The position numbers and the translations under genes are program-made. 64,000 bases of DNA from a virus (Duplodnaviria; Caudoviricetes). Position 1 is the first letter of the stretch, and each line of letters starts with the position of its first letter. Of the stretch, positions 20,662-31,267 are shown in pieces. The DNA lies in IMG/VR virus record IMGVR_UViG_3300021431_004509, positions 32,001 to 96,000 of that record. One strand, given 5' to 3'. Under the pieces are notes generated by a model. The model saw only the letters and a program-made list of their open reading frames with translations, ran no database searches and was not told the DNA's origin.

Positions 20662-21498
20662 TTATGTTTTTGCGGCAGCCTCACTGTTTGTATTTCCTCC
20701 TAACGTGGTCTGCTGGTTATCCGCATACTTTGACGCCGCATTCAAGATACGAGATCTCATAACATGGTTAACGATCTGGCGCATATGTACTTTCACCGCG
20801 CAGTCCTTGCAGTATTTCATACGGTGTTTCTGCGATCCATCGGGCACCTTCACAGTAAGTCCGCAGTTCTGGCATACAAAGTACGGCTTGCCAAGCAGCA
20901 TCATATATTGATTGCCGAGATTCCTGTAGTCTCGGATCTCTACTGCAGTCTCGCCGTCCTCAACAAAAAGAACCTTCACGTTCAGGTTTGTGATCCTCTT
21001 GGAAGATTGGATCAAGCCGGCATCCAGCAGCTGCCCATAGAGCAGGTTCTGCCGCTTGTATGACGTGTTGATATTCGCCATTTTCATGATATCACTTTCC
21101 GGCGTGTTGACCCACCAGTCCGTCTGCGGTGATACGACCTTCATATACTTTGCTATGCACAACAGCGTAAAGGCGAGCCGCTGTGCCTGTACTCCTTTCA
21201 CAGCCTTGATCCGTGCAATCTCCGGCTTTGTGATCTCGATCTTATCAATAATAATGAGTGGATGCTTCATCCCGTATTTCACCGAGCTTTCAATCGTATC
21301 GGCCCACAGTACGGTCGATGCGTAAGGATCGCACCGCAGGAGGAATTCTTCAACCTTCTTCTTGACTCCTGCCTTCTTGTACCCCATGTGTTTGTAATAC
21401 TTTGCTACGCGCCCAAGCGTCTCCGCAGGATTGCTTCCGAGCTCATAATGCTCAATCGCTTCCTTCGTCCATGTCAGTTCGTCCAGAATAATACTCAT
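20662..21498 (-). CDS. Conserved protein with C-terminal Zn ribbon, coupled to RNAP gene
   Basis: CxxC...CxxC; overlaps RNAP stop. Confidence 0.65.
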   Translation of the reverse strand: MSIILDELTWTKEAIEHYELGSNPAETLGRVAKYYKHMGYKKAGVKKKVEEFLLRCDPYASTVLWADTIESSVKYGMKHPLIIIDKIEITKPEIARIKAVKGVQAQRLAFTLLCIAKYMKVVSPQTDWWVNTPESDIMKMANINTSYKRQNLLYGQLLDAGLIQSSKRITNLNVKVLFVEDGETAVEIRDYRNLGNQYMMLLGKPYFVCQNCGLTVKVPDGSQKHRMKYCKDCAVKVHMRQIVNHVMRSRILNAASKYADNQQTTLGGNTNSEAAAKT

Positions 21499-24226
21499 CA
21501 GATTCCCCCAATGTTTTTGTTATCACCGTAAACCGCTCACCGCAATACTCGATTTCCCCGTCGTCTGCTTGAACCGGTATGGAAAGAACGCCGCCATTTT
21601 TATCCAGCAGGTTCTGTACCACCTGCTCGGCAAATGTTCCCCACAGCAATCTCTTTGTCGCGCTCTTCCCGTACCAGATATCGATCAGGATATTGACAAG
21701 CTCCGCATCGCAGGAGCACACAGCCGCACACTCACGTCTGAACTCATCGTAAATACTATGGTTGAATACAAACACCTCATCCTGATCCACACTGTTCGAA
21801 TTTGCGTACGCCATGTATTCCTTCAGCCGCCTGCTGTATTCCTCATAAAGCTTTTTCACCGTGTAGTATCTGTGCTGCTTGTATGTCGCGTCGCTTTTAT
21901 ACAACGATGTATCAAACGTTCCTGCCGCAGAAGCCCGACCGACAAACCCGTCGAAGGCTTCTTCAAACTTCCGGCAGATTCTGTTCATCACGCAGTCTCC
22001 GACGCCGACCGGCATACCGAGATCATAATACCGCAGGAAGTCTTTCTGTCTGTCGGTCAGCTCGGAATAGGGGAGTGCCCGCAATTCATCCACCCCAATC
22101 CGAAACTCACGAAGCGCGGCTCCGTCTGACTTCCGGATATATGTCTTGTATTCCTTCATCAGGTCCGGATAGATATACCGCATAAAGGCAGGCTTTCTGT
22201 CCGCAACGATGCTTCTGTAAAAGCTGCGTGTATCGTCGTCCTCAATCTGGTTGACTGCGTGCCTGTCATGCCACTCCCTCGGCATCGGTTTTGCGATAAT
22301 ACCCTTCGCCCGATCAATTACATTCTGCTGCAGAAGCTGGCCGACCATCGTTCTGTATTCCAGCTCCTTATATTCCTTGCTCTCCGGCTTGAAATGTGAC
22401 TGCACCTCATACATGGATGTGATCCAGTTTGTTGTCTTCCCGATCTCATTTCCAAATGCAAGGATGTTCGCCTGTATCGTGTCGTCCTCTCCCGGGACGA
22501 TTTTTGTCGCCTTCCTCTGGGCACACATGATTGTCGGCAGTTCTCTGTTCCGCCTGACAAGAACAGGGTTGTCCGTCAGCATAACAATATCGCCATCGTA
22601 ATCAGCGCCATTGAGTGCGGCTGTCATGGAGTCCCATACGTTAAAGATCGTTCCCGTCGTATTGAAGCGATACCAATACGCAGCCTCCGCGGACATACAT
22701 GGATGAACCTTCCGGATGTTGTTGTGTACAGACATCGGCGCCCGGAAGCACACAAGGTTGTCCTGGCCGTTATCAACCCAATACTTGTTGTAGATCTCTC
22801 CGGCCTTTAACAGCCCGGTCACTTCCATACCGAAGATACTCTGGCAAAGTGCATACGGGTCTCCGGAGATGATGGAGTAATTTCCATGTACATTGAGCAC
22901 GCCGACTTTTGCCTCATTGATCCTGTTGCGAATCAGTTGGTAGATAGACGCCTTCACGAACGGGTCGTCCAGCACACGTTTGTCTGCCATGATAGCCTTT
23001 GCGATCCCAGGCTTTAACCTCTCCGGGCTTGCATTGCCCACACCGGTTCCGGAAAGAAACAGGACTGTCTTTGCCCAATCCCCTCCAAGCACACCATTTA
23101 ACTCATCCATAGTCGGTGCGATCAGCTCATCAATGTCATCGTCAGACATCTGATAGGACTGGATAAACTGATAGTTAAGCGATCTCTGATTCTCCAGCAC
23201 CTCCGGCGCCGTCTTGGTCACGCAAATTGAGTAACCGTTCTCCGTGCAGCAGTCGAGATAATGGTCAATGCTTCTGTAACTATCCCACAGCTTCAGCATG
23301 CTCTCCGTGAAAATCAGTTCTACTTGACGTATGTCAATCTCGTTCCCCCATACGTCCGTCACCATGTATTTCCCGGCGACATTCTCCGCAAAGTCCAAAA
23401 AGTCAAAGGTAAAGATCATGCCCTTTTCAAAGCTGAGTCTTGTGTTGCACCCGCTCATAACGTAGTTAAGGCCAAGCTCCCTGCTCCATCTCTCTGCAAG
23501 TGACGGCAGCATCAGCCCGCAGCCGTCGCACCCATCCATCCGGATCTCCGTATCCTTCTGGAACTCCATGACCGGCTCGCCGTCTCCCTCGTCAGTGATA
23601 TAGATCGTGTCCTCGTGAAACACCGTTTCGAAATCCTTTACCACCAGGATTCCATTCGGCCATGACACAGGGACAGACGCGCTGCATGCAAGCGCCTTAT
23701 AAGCCTCCAGCTTCGCCGGGACAAGCTGCTTGTTCATATCTCTCCCATTGTCGATCCTGCGTCTGATCTCATCGATATGCCGTTCGCTGATAAAGACGAT
23801 GGTGCTGTTTTTGATTCCGCCGTTTGTGCCAAGCAGACGCTTATAGCTGATCCCGTTGATACTGAACCCGTTGCACGCACGCCAGTAATCCTTTTCCTTG
23901 TCAATAATAAGGCACATATAGTCCGGCTTGAACTGGATCGTATCCAGCTTCTGATAAAGCTGGCGCACAGCCTTTCTGTTTTCAATATTGTTATCTGCTT
24001 TGCGCAGCCGCACGATCTCGCGCTTGATCTCCGCTGCGCGTTCGTCTGCGTCGACAATTCCGTTTAACTCATCCAGCCACCGCAGAACCTGGCTGCTTGC
24101 AAGTGCGATCACCTCTCCGTTTTTTCTTGCCTCAGATATCGGGAGAGTAAGCTTCCACCTTGCCTCGCGCAGCCGTGAGCTGTGTATCTTGTAGATATAG
24201 CGCGGACTCGCTGTCTGTTGCTTAAT
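21452..24226 (-). CDS. YonO-like single-subunit two-barrel RNA polymerase (cellular RdRP-like)
   Basis: NGADYDGD catalytic motif, DGCG, FRAP motifs; probable ATT start at 24226 with AGGAGG RBS. Confidence 0.88.
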   Translation of the reverse strand: MKQQTASPRYIYKIHSSRLREARWKLTLPISEARKNGEVIALASSQVLRWLDELNGIVDADERAAEIKREIVRLRKADNNIENRKAVRQLYQKLDTIQFKPDYMCLIIDKEKDYWRACNGFSINGISYKRLLGTNGGIKNSTIVFISERHIDEIRRRIDNGRDMNKQLVPAKLEAYKALACSASVPVSWPNGILVVKDFETVFHEDTIYITDEGDGEPVMEFQKDTEIRMDGCDGCGLMLPSLAERWSRELGLNYVMSGCNTRLSFEKGMIFTFDFLDFAENVAGKYMVTDVWGNEIDIRQVELIFTESMLKLWDSYRSIDHYLDCCTENGYSICVTKTAPEVLENQRSLNYQFIQSYQMSDDDIDELIAPTMDELNGVLGGDWAKTVLFLSGTGVGNASPERLKPGIAKAIMADKRVLDDPFVKASIYQLIRNRINEAKVGVLNVHGNYSIISGDPYALCQSIFGMEVTGLLKAGEIYNKYWVDNGQDNLVCFRAPMSVHNNIRKVHPCMSAEAAYWYRFNTTGTIFNVWDSMTAALNGADYDGDIVMLTDNPVLVRRNRELPTIMCAQRKATKIVPGEDDTIQANILAFGNEIGKTTNWITSMYEVQSHFKPESKEYKELEYRTMVGQLLQQNVIDRAKGIIAKPMPREWHDRHAVNQIEDDDTRSFYRSIVADRKPAFMRYIYPDLMKEYKTYIRKSDGAALREFRIGVDELRALPYSELTDRQKDFLRYYDLGMPVGVGDCVMNRICRKFEEAFDGFVGRASAAGTFDTSLYKSDATYKQHRYYTVKKLYEEYSRRLKEYMAYANSNSVDQDEVFVFNHSIYDEFRRECAAVCSCDAELVNILIDIWYGKSATKRLLWGTFAEQVVQNLLDKNGGVLSIPVQADDGEIEYCGERFTVITKTLGESDEYYSGRTDMDEGSD

Positions 24227-24428
24227 AAGCCCCGCCTCCTTTGGTATTCATATAATTGACTTGACAGATCAATAAAGAAATGGGTCAACCCCATTTTCCC
24301 GCAAATAAGCATAATACTCGTCGTAGAAGGAACGTCTCTCAGCCTCTATGTAAAGTCCGATTGTCTCGTCTCCGCTATGCGCGTCAACGCCCATCAGGAT
24401 CGCAAGCTCCTCGTCTGTAAAGCCGTAT

Positions 24429-25697
24429 TCATTCCATGGTGTCTTCAACTGCGTCACCTCCCTTCGCCGTCTCAACGATCCAATCCCAGAGCAGGTTACG
24501 CATTCGGCAACTCGGCACATACAGGTAGATCGGCTTACCGTCGCGGATCGCGCTTCGCCAGATCCACTGCAGCATCTCTGACAGCGCGATCTCGTCGCGG
24601 TCGATAATGAACCCGCGCTTGGCAAAGAACTTCTGAACGTTCGGGTCCTCATACCGGTTTACCATGTAGGCAAGGTGAGTGCATCGCCTGTACTCGTTCG
24701 TTGCTTTCAGGTTGAGCGGGACGAAGTTTCCGCGGCATCTTCCGTTCGGCGGTACCAGCTTATCCATATCCTTTTTGAAGCATGTCCACATCCGCTCTTT
24801 ACTTGCATCGGCACCGCGTGCTCTGCGAAGGAAACGAAGCATATTCTTCCTGAGCTGTGCGATAAGATCATCGTCCGCATTTCGCATGTTGTACCAATTC
24901 TTTGCGAGTGAATACGTTTCTCTCCCCGGCCTGTTCATATCAGCATCGAGATCAATATGGATCAGTCCTCTATAGTCCACAGCTGGCGGGTTATCCGGAT
25001 GCGGCACAAAGAATGGACCATTGTTGTCAAACTCAATTCCATAGATATCGTACTGGAATCCAAAGATAGCAAGATAGCCGTCGAGTAAACTCTTCTTAAA
25101 ACGATAAGTAAGGATAAACACCTCGTCAAATGCGCTGAGCAAATCCGGGTTCAGGATGCTCATTAAGGAGGTGTCTGCGCAGTACAGGCATCCGGAATCT
25201 GCCATACGTTTATACCCGTTGAACTTCCCCTCATAGCTGTCGTCGATCCAGGACACGCGCCCATCCTCACCAACCTGTACCTGCTGTTTCAGGATCATCT
25301 GCAGATCCTGATGGGTAATTGCCACCTTTTCTATTATATTGATTTCCTCGTCTACGATCAGGACATAATGCTTTTCTTTCACCAGCTCTCTCGCCTCCTC
25401 GTCCATCAGGTAGAAGAGGGAATGGGTAGTGGAAATATTTTTACCGGCCCTGAGGTAATCTTTCAGGATCACTGACTTCGGAATTGCCCGCGCATCATCC
25501 GCGCCGTCTTCTATCGTATCATCTTTCGGTTCATCGAAATCACACCACTGGCAAATACGCTCCACCTCTGTCAGATACGGCGTGATATACAGGAAGCGAT
25601 ATTCATCCTTATGATCCTCCATATACCGGATGGCGGCAGTGGACTTGCCTCTGCCCATCCTGGCGTCTACAACCTTGATATGATTCTCATCATTCAT
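24429..25697 (-). CDS. SF2 helicase-like P-loop protein
   Basis: MGRGKST Walker A, LIVDE Walker B, QWIWRSAIR motif VI-like. Confidence 0.7.
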   Translation of the reverse strand: MNDENHIKVVDARMGRGKSTAAIRYMEDHKDEYRFLYITPYLTEVERICQWCDFDEPKDDTIEDGADDARAIPKSVILKDYLRAGKNISTTHSLFYLMDEEARELVKEKHYVLIVDEEINIIEKVAITHQDLQMILKQQVQVGEDGRVSWIDDSYEGKFNGYKRMADSGCLYCADTSLMSILNPDLLSAFDEVFILTYRFKKSLLDGYLAIFGFQYDIYGIEFDNNGPFFVPHPDNPPAVDYRGLIHIDLDADMNRPGRETYSLAKNWYNMRNADDDLIAQLRKNMLRFLRRARGADASKERMWTCFKKDMDKLVPPNGRCRGNFVPLNLKATNEYRRCTHLAYMVNRYEDPNVQKFFAKRGFIIDRDEIALSEMLQWIWRSAIRDGKPIYLYVPSCRMRNLLWDWIVETAKGGDAVEDTME

Positions 25698-26499
25698 TGT
25701 TCATAAACCATCTCCTCTCGGCAAATTCTTTTCTTGACGAACTGACAATCCATGCCATCGGAAGCACCCCTTCCCAATGGAAGTCCGCAAAGCCGCATGA
25801 ATACAGGATTTTTTGGGTCTGTTTCTTAAAAGAAATATACTCTCGCAACCTTTGACACAGTCGGGGGTGAGAGACACGTATCCTCGACTGTAACAAGGGA
25901 CGATCGTAAACATTATCTTTTCGTTAAAATGATTATCTTCCCCTCCTATATATTATTCTTTTATTTAATAGCAATTTCCTGAAACCCGCATGAGCACTAG
26001 CTTTTTTTGAGGCCATTGACACTGGAAAATGAATTTGTGTCAACGCCCTTTTTTAAGTGCCTCAAAAAGTTCACAAAATCGAAAAAACGTGTGAATCGTT
26101 TTTGGGCTTCCATTGTGGCAACAACGTTTTTGATCTCCCACCTATTCTTACCGGCGAGACGTGCCGCTACGTTTGAAAGTGACGTCCAGAGAGTAAACGT
26201 ATGCTCGCAGGAGCAAACGGTGTAAAGCGGCACGTCGACCGGTTTGCGTTGTCTGCCGCCGAACATCGTATTCGTCTATGCGGCAGGTGTACGATCGGCA
26301 GACGGATCGAATAGAATAGCTTTGCTGCAGACCACTCATATCATATACGATGCAGCGTCGTTTGATTGTGGTATCAAATCAAATAAATGCGGTCGATTAC
26401 TTGGAGTGAAAAATAAATATATATATTATTGTTTTACAAGTTTGAGATCCACAGTCCTGTCGTTCACTTCCACACATAATCATTTATTTGACATGATGC

Positions 26500-26528
26500 A
26501 TTATACCACATGAGGTTCAATTTGTCAA
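26500..26528 (-). promoter_or_regulatory. Sigma-70/A promoter, leftward
   Basis: TTGACA-17 bp-TATAAT with TG extension on minus strand. Confidence 0.85.
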
Positions 26529-26876
26529 GTAAAATCGCTTGACAGACCGAATGTTGCAGTTGCAAAATGAGACAAGGCTAGTTGGCGGCGTATTCGATGT
26601 TTCGCTACGTTTTCTGTCTGGACATTTCTTCTTGATCCGGGAGGGCTGAAGCCCGATCAGATCATTTGGACCCGGAAACCATTGAATTTCAACGGGATCG
26701 TTGAGGGGAAGATTTTTTCAAACGCTACCTGGGAGAAGAAGCAGCTTACATTATTTTTCCCGGTCAAGCCGCCGAAAATACCAAAAACAAGCCGCCCCGA
26801 CGGGCTGAAAGTTTCGCTTTGTAATTTTGCAACATAGCGCCATGGGGAGACGGTCAGCACAAGCCGAAAAAAAATC

Positions 26877-26907
26877 AGACTGTAACGCCGTTTTACCTTT
26901 GGGGACA
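26877..26907 (-). repeat. Inverted copy of the 31-bp core of the 104-bp repeat
   Basis: Reverse complement TGTCCCCAAAGGTAAAACGGCGTTACAGTCT, 1 mismatch to the tandem copies. Confidence 0.9.
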
Positions 26908-26925
26908 GATAACAAAAATTTTTTC

Positions 26926-26954
26926 TTGACAAATACGATTGACGCCCCTATAAT
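26926..26954 (+). promoter_or_regulatory. Sigma-70/A promoter, rightward
   Basis: TTGACA-17 bp-TATAAT. Confidence 0.88.
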
Positions 26955-27030
26955 TGACAGTGTAGTGAAAGCTACACGATGCACATTGACAAATCAAAAA
27001 AACATCTATCGAGAAAGGAAGTAAAAAACC

Positions 27031-28050
27031 ATGAAAAAAACCGCTTTAACTCTTGCCGTCCGTAGCATCAAACGCCGTAACAGTGCCGAAAGAAAGTTGA
27101 TTAATAACCGCTTTTACTATGAGTACAAATTCAACGAAAGCGGCGAATATGTTTCCGACGGCCTGCAAGCCCTGCACAAGTCCGACAAACGCTTTTATAT
27201 CTACATTCCCGCAACAATCGCAAGCGCCGACAATTCGCCTATTTCTGACTTTGGACAAATGTACATGCTGACGCTTGCATATCGCTTTACCGCTCGCGCA
27301 CTGCTGACAAACTATCAGAAATCCGGTCTTGTCATGCTGGACACTCTTTATAAGCAAGTCAAAGCACAGGGGTCAATGCTTTTCGGTCAAGCCATGTTTG
27401 CCGAAATTGAAACGGAATGCAAGTACAGTTACCGCTATTTTGACAGCAAACTGCACAAATTTTTCCAGCGTCAAACGCCGAAAATGAATCAGCGCATTAT
27501 TCACGACGACGCAAAAGAATTTGCATATAACGCAAGCTATGACAAGTCAAAAACAGTTGACGAATACGATGTATTCCAAGACGTAGAAGATTTGCTTTCC
27601 GCCGCACTTGAAAGAATGACAATTCTTGTTAGGGCTGGACAAATCAAGAATTACTGTGATTTTTCGTTACATTCCAGCGCTATTTATGCAGCTATCAACA
27701 GAGAAATTACATATACAAGAACAATTACAGCGCAAATGTCCGATAATGTCCGCATTTTCGACGAAAACGGACTTGAAAGAATCGTTTCCGCGATTTACTT
27801 TGACGAGCACGAAAAGCTTTCAGTTGATGCAATCCTGCAAGAGCTTGCCGGCGTTATGAAAACGCTTTTCCCCCGCTTGAATGTCGAGAAAGCTATTCTT
27901 GCATATCGCAAAACGCTTGACGGTTTCACCATGCGCGAAATTGGAAACGAGCTTGCAGTTGACCATAAACAGATCGTTAGATGGTCAAAAAGTGTCGAAT
28001 ATGCACTTGAAAGCGTCGAATTTGCCGAAAAAGTGTCCGAAATGGTATAA
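27031..28050 (+). CDS. Putative sigma-factor-like/HTH regulator
   Basis: C-terminal region-4-like HTH (GFTMREIGNELAVDHKQIVRW); own promoter and terminator. Confidence 0.6.
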   Translation: MKKTALTLAVRSIKRRNSAERKLINNRFYYEYKFNESGEYVSDGLQALHKSDKRFYIYIPATIASADNSPISDFGQMYMLTLAYRFTARALLTNYQKSGLVMLDTLYKQVKAQGSMLFGQAMFAEIETECKYSYRYFDSKLHKFFQRQTPKMNQRIIHDDAKEFAYNASYDKSKTVDEYDVFQDVEDLLSAALERMTILVRAGQIKNYCDFSLHSSAIYAAINREITYTRTITAQMSDNVRIFDENGLERIVSAIYFDEHEKLSVDAILQELAGVMKTLFPRLNVEKAILAYRKTLDGFTMREIGNELAVDHKQIVRWSKSVEYALESVEFAEKVSEMV

Positions 28051-28060
28051 ACTCAAATGA

Positions 28061-28094
28061 AAAGAGCTGTCATTCTTGACAGCTCTTTTTTTTT
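28061..28094 (+). terminator. Rho-independent terminator
   Basis: AAAGAGCTGTCA/TGACAGCTCTTT stem plus long T run. Confidence 0.85.
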
Positions 28095-28137
28095 CGCCCC
28101 TGACGGCCTGCACAGCGGCCTGACGGCCACGAGCGCC

Positions 28138-28345
28138 CCTGACGGCCTGACGGCCTGACGAAAGAAAATTTTCGTCAAGTGTCCCCAAAGGTCAAACGGC
28201 GTTACAGTCTAAGTGTAAGCGGTCAGCGCTTGCAGAAAACGCCTGACGGCCTGACGGCCTGACGAAAGAAAATTTTCGTCAAGTGTCCCCAAAGGTCAAA
28301 CGGCGTTACAGTCTAAGTGTAAGCGGTCAGCGCTTGCAGAAAACG
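28138..28345 (+). repeat. Tandem 104-bp direct repeat (2 copies) with CCTGACGG sub-repeats
   Basis: 28138-28241 equals 28242-28345. Confidence 0.92.
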
Positions 28346-28804
28346 CACCACCGAGCGCAAGTCGGTGTGAGATCATGCAGCTAACTGCATGTAACCTTGT
28401 GCATAATCAAGGCGTCGCCAGTGGATGGGAGTAGGCCCATTGTTCGGATAGTGAAAGCCGCTGTGAGTGCTGAGTATCGGCAGCCGGCCGTGTATAGCTT
28501 CGGCCGTGACAATGTGATACCGTCACATTCGACACGCTGTCGCGCTGCGCCCTACCGCGTCAAAATTGGGGCGATATATCCAAATGATTTCAGCCTTGCG
28601 CCGTGGTGCGTGTACACGTTTCCGACGTGTACGTTTATCCGGCATATCTCCGATGTGACGGATCGCATGTAATCGGCGCTTGGCTGATTGAAATTGATAT
28701 ATTTTACACACGAAAGCGTGTGGTAGAGCGCCCGCCTGATTACTCCGGCGGGCGTTGAATTATGCGCTTTATGTGCAAATTATATCAAAAGGAGAAAAAG
28801 AAAA

Positions 28805-29578
28805 ATGGCTGAAGAAAAAACCCTGAAGACGATGTATAACGAGGTGATCGCTAATGCGAACGCCGTCGTCGTCGCGATGAATGAGCACAAGCCTCAGAAA
28901 GAGGTCAAAGCGCTCAAAAAGGTTTGCAAGGAGTCGGTCGATCTCTATAACGATCGCCTTGCAAAGGCGTACTACATCCGGCTCTCCGAGGAGCATGGCC
29001 ACGACGCTGTCAAGGTCGCTCTTGAGGCCGAGGAGACCGCAATCCCCGATGCAATCGGCATCTCTTTCAAGGTGACTGATGACGATGTCGCCTTGTTCAG
29101 CGAAAACAAGCCCATCGTGAAGATGAACCTCGTCAAGATGCAGCAGGCTATCGGGCCTGAGTACTTTCACAACAAAGACTGGTTTGCCCGCGTCAATGTC
29201 CTTGCCCGGCTTATGGCGGTCGCTCTGAATGAGGAGCTCGGCGGCAGTGCCACGTTCCAGTACATCCTCGATGAATCCGCGAAAGAATTCAAGCTCAGCG
29301 CCGACGCCGATCCGAAGTCGGTCAAGTCCATGGTCAAGGCGTTCCAGCAGGTCATCGACGACGTCCTGTGGATCGACACGCTCGATAAGAGCGGGAACCA
29401 TGTCAACGGCATCAAGTTTACCTCGAAGCAGTGGGCCTATATCCGCGACTGCATGAGCAAGCAGGGCGGGAAGATCGGTGAAGTCCTGTACGGTTCCCCG
29501 GCAAAATGCACCGAGCTCGTTGCGGATTGCATCCACCTGATTCTGACCAACAAGGGCTGCACCCTCAAGGTCGGATAA
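28805..29578 (+). CDS. Hypothetical early protein
   Basis: Strong RBS, strong codon bias, downstream hairpin. Confidence 0.8.
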   Translation: MAEEKTLKTMYNEVIANANAVVVAMNEHKPQKEVKALKKVCKESVDLYNDRLAKAYYIRLSEEHGHDAVKVALEAEETAIPDAIGISFKVTDDDVALFSENKPIVKMNLVKMQQAIGPEYFHNKDWFARVNVLARLMAVALNEELGGSATFQYILDESAKEFKLSADADPKSVKSMVKAFQQVIDDVLWIDTLDKSGNHVNGIKFTSKQWAYIRDCMSKQGGKIGEVLYGSPAKCTELVADCIHLILTNKGCTLKVG

Positions 29579-29978
29579 TTCAATCGGCCACCGGGCGGGG
29601 ATGAAAATCCCCGCCCACGGTTTTTGACGATCGGCAACGTCTGCCCATTCGGTTGGGTTTTTGCCGACGGTTTAGGGCTGCTGTCCGATAACAAGCCATT
29701 TATGGCTCCATGCACAAGCGTCCACGTCGCGGGGCTGGGTTCGGCAGATTGTGCAATCTATCGACGGGGGTTTGGTTTTATGTCCTACAAGATTCGTATC
29801 GAACGGATTTCCGACGGCGAATCGTTCGGGGAATCTGACCTTATCCCGGTCGCAGATATCGGCGAGTATCTCAAGGTCTTATCTAAGCCGAGTATGTTCG
29901 GCGGCGGGGATTTTCGTTTCGTACTCATCCCGGCATAAAATCGCGGGTTTCTAAAACGTATCGAAAGTGAGGGTTTTT

Positions 29979-30173
29979 ATGTCCTATGAACTGTTTTGCT
30001 CCAAAGTGCGGGGTATTTGTTCTCGCGCTGGGTTATCCGCGGTTTTCTCCCATGAGGACGGGAAACATGTGGCGAGGGTTTCCGATGGTTGCATCATTAT
30101 CGGGAATTCTGTCGCACCGTCTGTCGTGATTCGTGATCCACTGCGGAATCATTGCTTCAGAACTGCAATTTGA
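29979..30173 (+). CDS. Small protein (MSYELF family, copy 1)
   Basis: Paralog of 30301-30492. Confidence 0.6.
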   Translation: MSYELFCSKVRGICSRAGLSAVFSHEDGKHVARVSDGCIIIGNSVAPSVVIRDPLRNHCFRTAI

Positions 30174-30300
30174 TTTCTTCACCATTCCTCCTTTGTTTTG
30201 GCGGGGCTTATGCCACGCCACCTTAATGCAGCCGATGCCGGTCACAAGCCCGGATAAATGCAGAGTGGGGAATTTTATAATTGAATATCGGGGTGATCCC

Positions 30301-30492
30301 ATGTCTTACGAACTATTTAAGGACCGCTGTATTCTTATCGCGCATAGACATGGCGTGGAAACAGATATCGAATTCAGTGACGAGGGTGGGTATTACACAG
30401 CAACATTCCAGAACGGGGATGTCATCGTCGGGAATTCGATATGCCCGTCTGTGCGGATTTTCCATAAGAACGGAAGAATGGAGCGCGTATAA
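30301..30492 (+). CDS. Small protein (MSYELF family, copy 2)
   Basis: Paralog of 29979-30173. Confidence 0.6.
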   Translation: MSYELFKDRCILIAHRHGVETDIEFSDEGGYYTATFQNGDVIVGNSICPSVRIFHKNGRMERV

Positions 30493-30550
30493 AATAGAAA
30501 AACTGTGGATTTTTGTGCGGTTACATGTTAAACTGCACAAGGGTGATTGA

Positions 30551-31267
30551 ATGAAGTATCAGGAAATACGTGAGGCATTTCCGGAGTGTGGGGTTACTGT
30601 TTCTCCGCAGGGAATATCGCTGGTTTTTCCGTATTATATTCCAGACCGCTGGGTTAGTGCGCCTGTAAATGAGGATCAATTCCATAATATGCAGGTTTTT
30701 CAAGAACTCCTGTCATGTGATTCCATTGAGATTGCTTTATCCCCCGGGAAATACGCTAAAATGCTTTTTAATATGCAAATCGCTATAGGGAATTCGCTGA
30801 TGTTTCCACCATTAAACAAACCGCAATCAGGTGATGAAATTATAGCGGAGGCTTCGGAGGGCTTTTTAGCTGACGAGGAATTTGTTGATATATTTAAGGA
30901 TATTGATCCTGGAAATATTGAGGAAATCCTCAACGGTTTTCAGGAATTGAATGAGCGTAAAAAGGGGATCATTGCGAAGACTCCGATGACACTAAGTGGT
31001 GTCCAGCGTTGGAAAATTTTACGCGAGGAATCAGAGGAATTTCTTAAAAGGAATTTGCCGTGGGAAAGATCGATTGAACCTCCAACGAAAGGAATCGACT
31101 TCGGCACGATCGAATTTTACATAGAAGCTAGTCAACTGCTGGTTTTTAAGATATGTCAAACCGATATGCCGGCATTTCGTAAAATGTGTTTCGCGGCTGC
31201 TAGTTTTGATATCTCAAGCCATATCGAAAATGATTTTGCGAACATGGTTTTTGATGTTTTTTCATAA
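30551..31267 (+). CDS. Hypothetical protein, AT-rich gene
   Basis: 238-aa ORF followed by a terminator hairpin near 31292-31318. Confidence 0.7.
   Translation: MKYQEIREAFPECGVTVSPQGISLVFPYYIPDRWVSAPVNEDQFHNMQVFQELLSCDSIEIALSPGKYAKMLFNMQIAIGNSLMFPPLNKPQSGDEIIAEASEGFLADEEFVDIFKDIDPGNIEEILNGFQELNERKKGIIAKTPMTLSGVQRWKILREESEEFLKRNLPWERSIEPPTKGIDFGTIEFYIEASQLLVFKICQTDMPAFRKMCFAAASFDISSHIENDFANMVFDVFS

Noticed and set aside
28099-28345. CRISPR array
   Set aside because: Identical tandem units with no unique spacers and no cas genes
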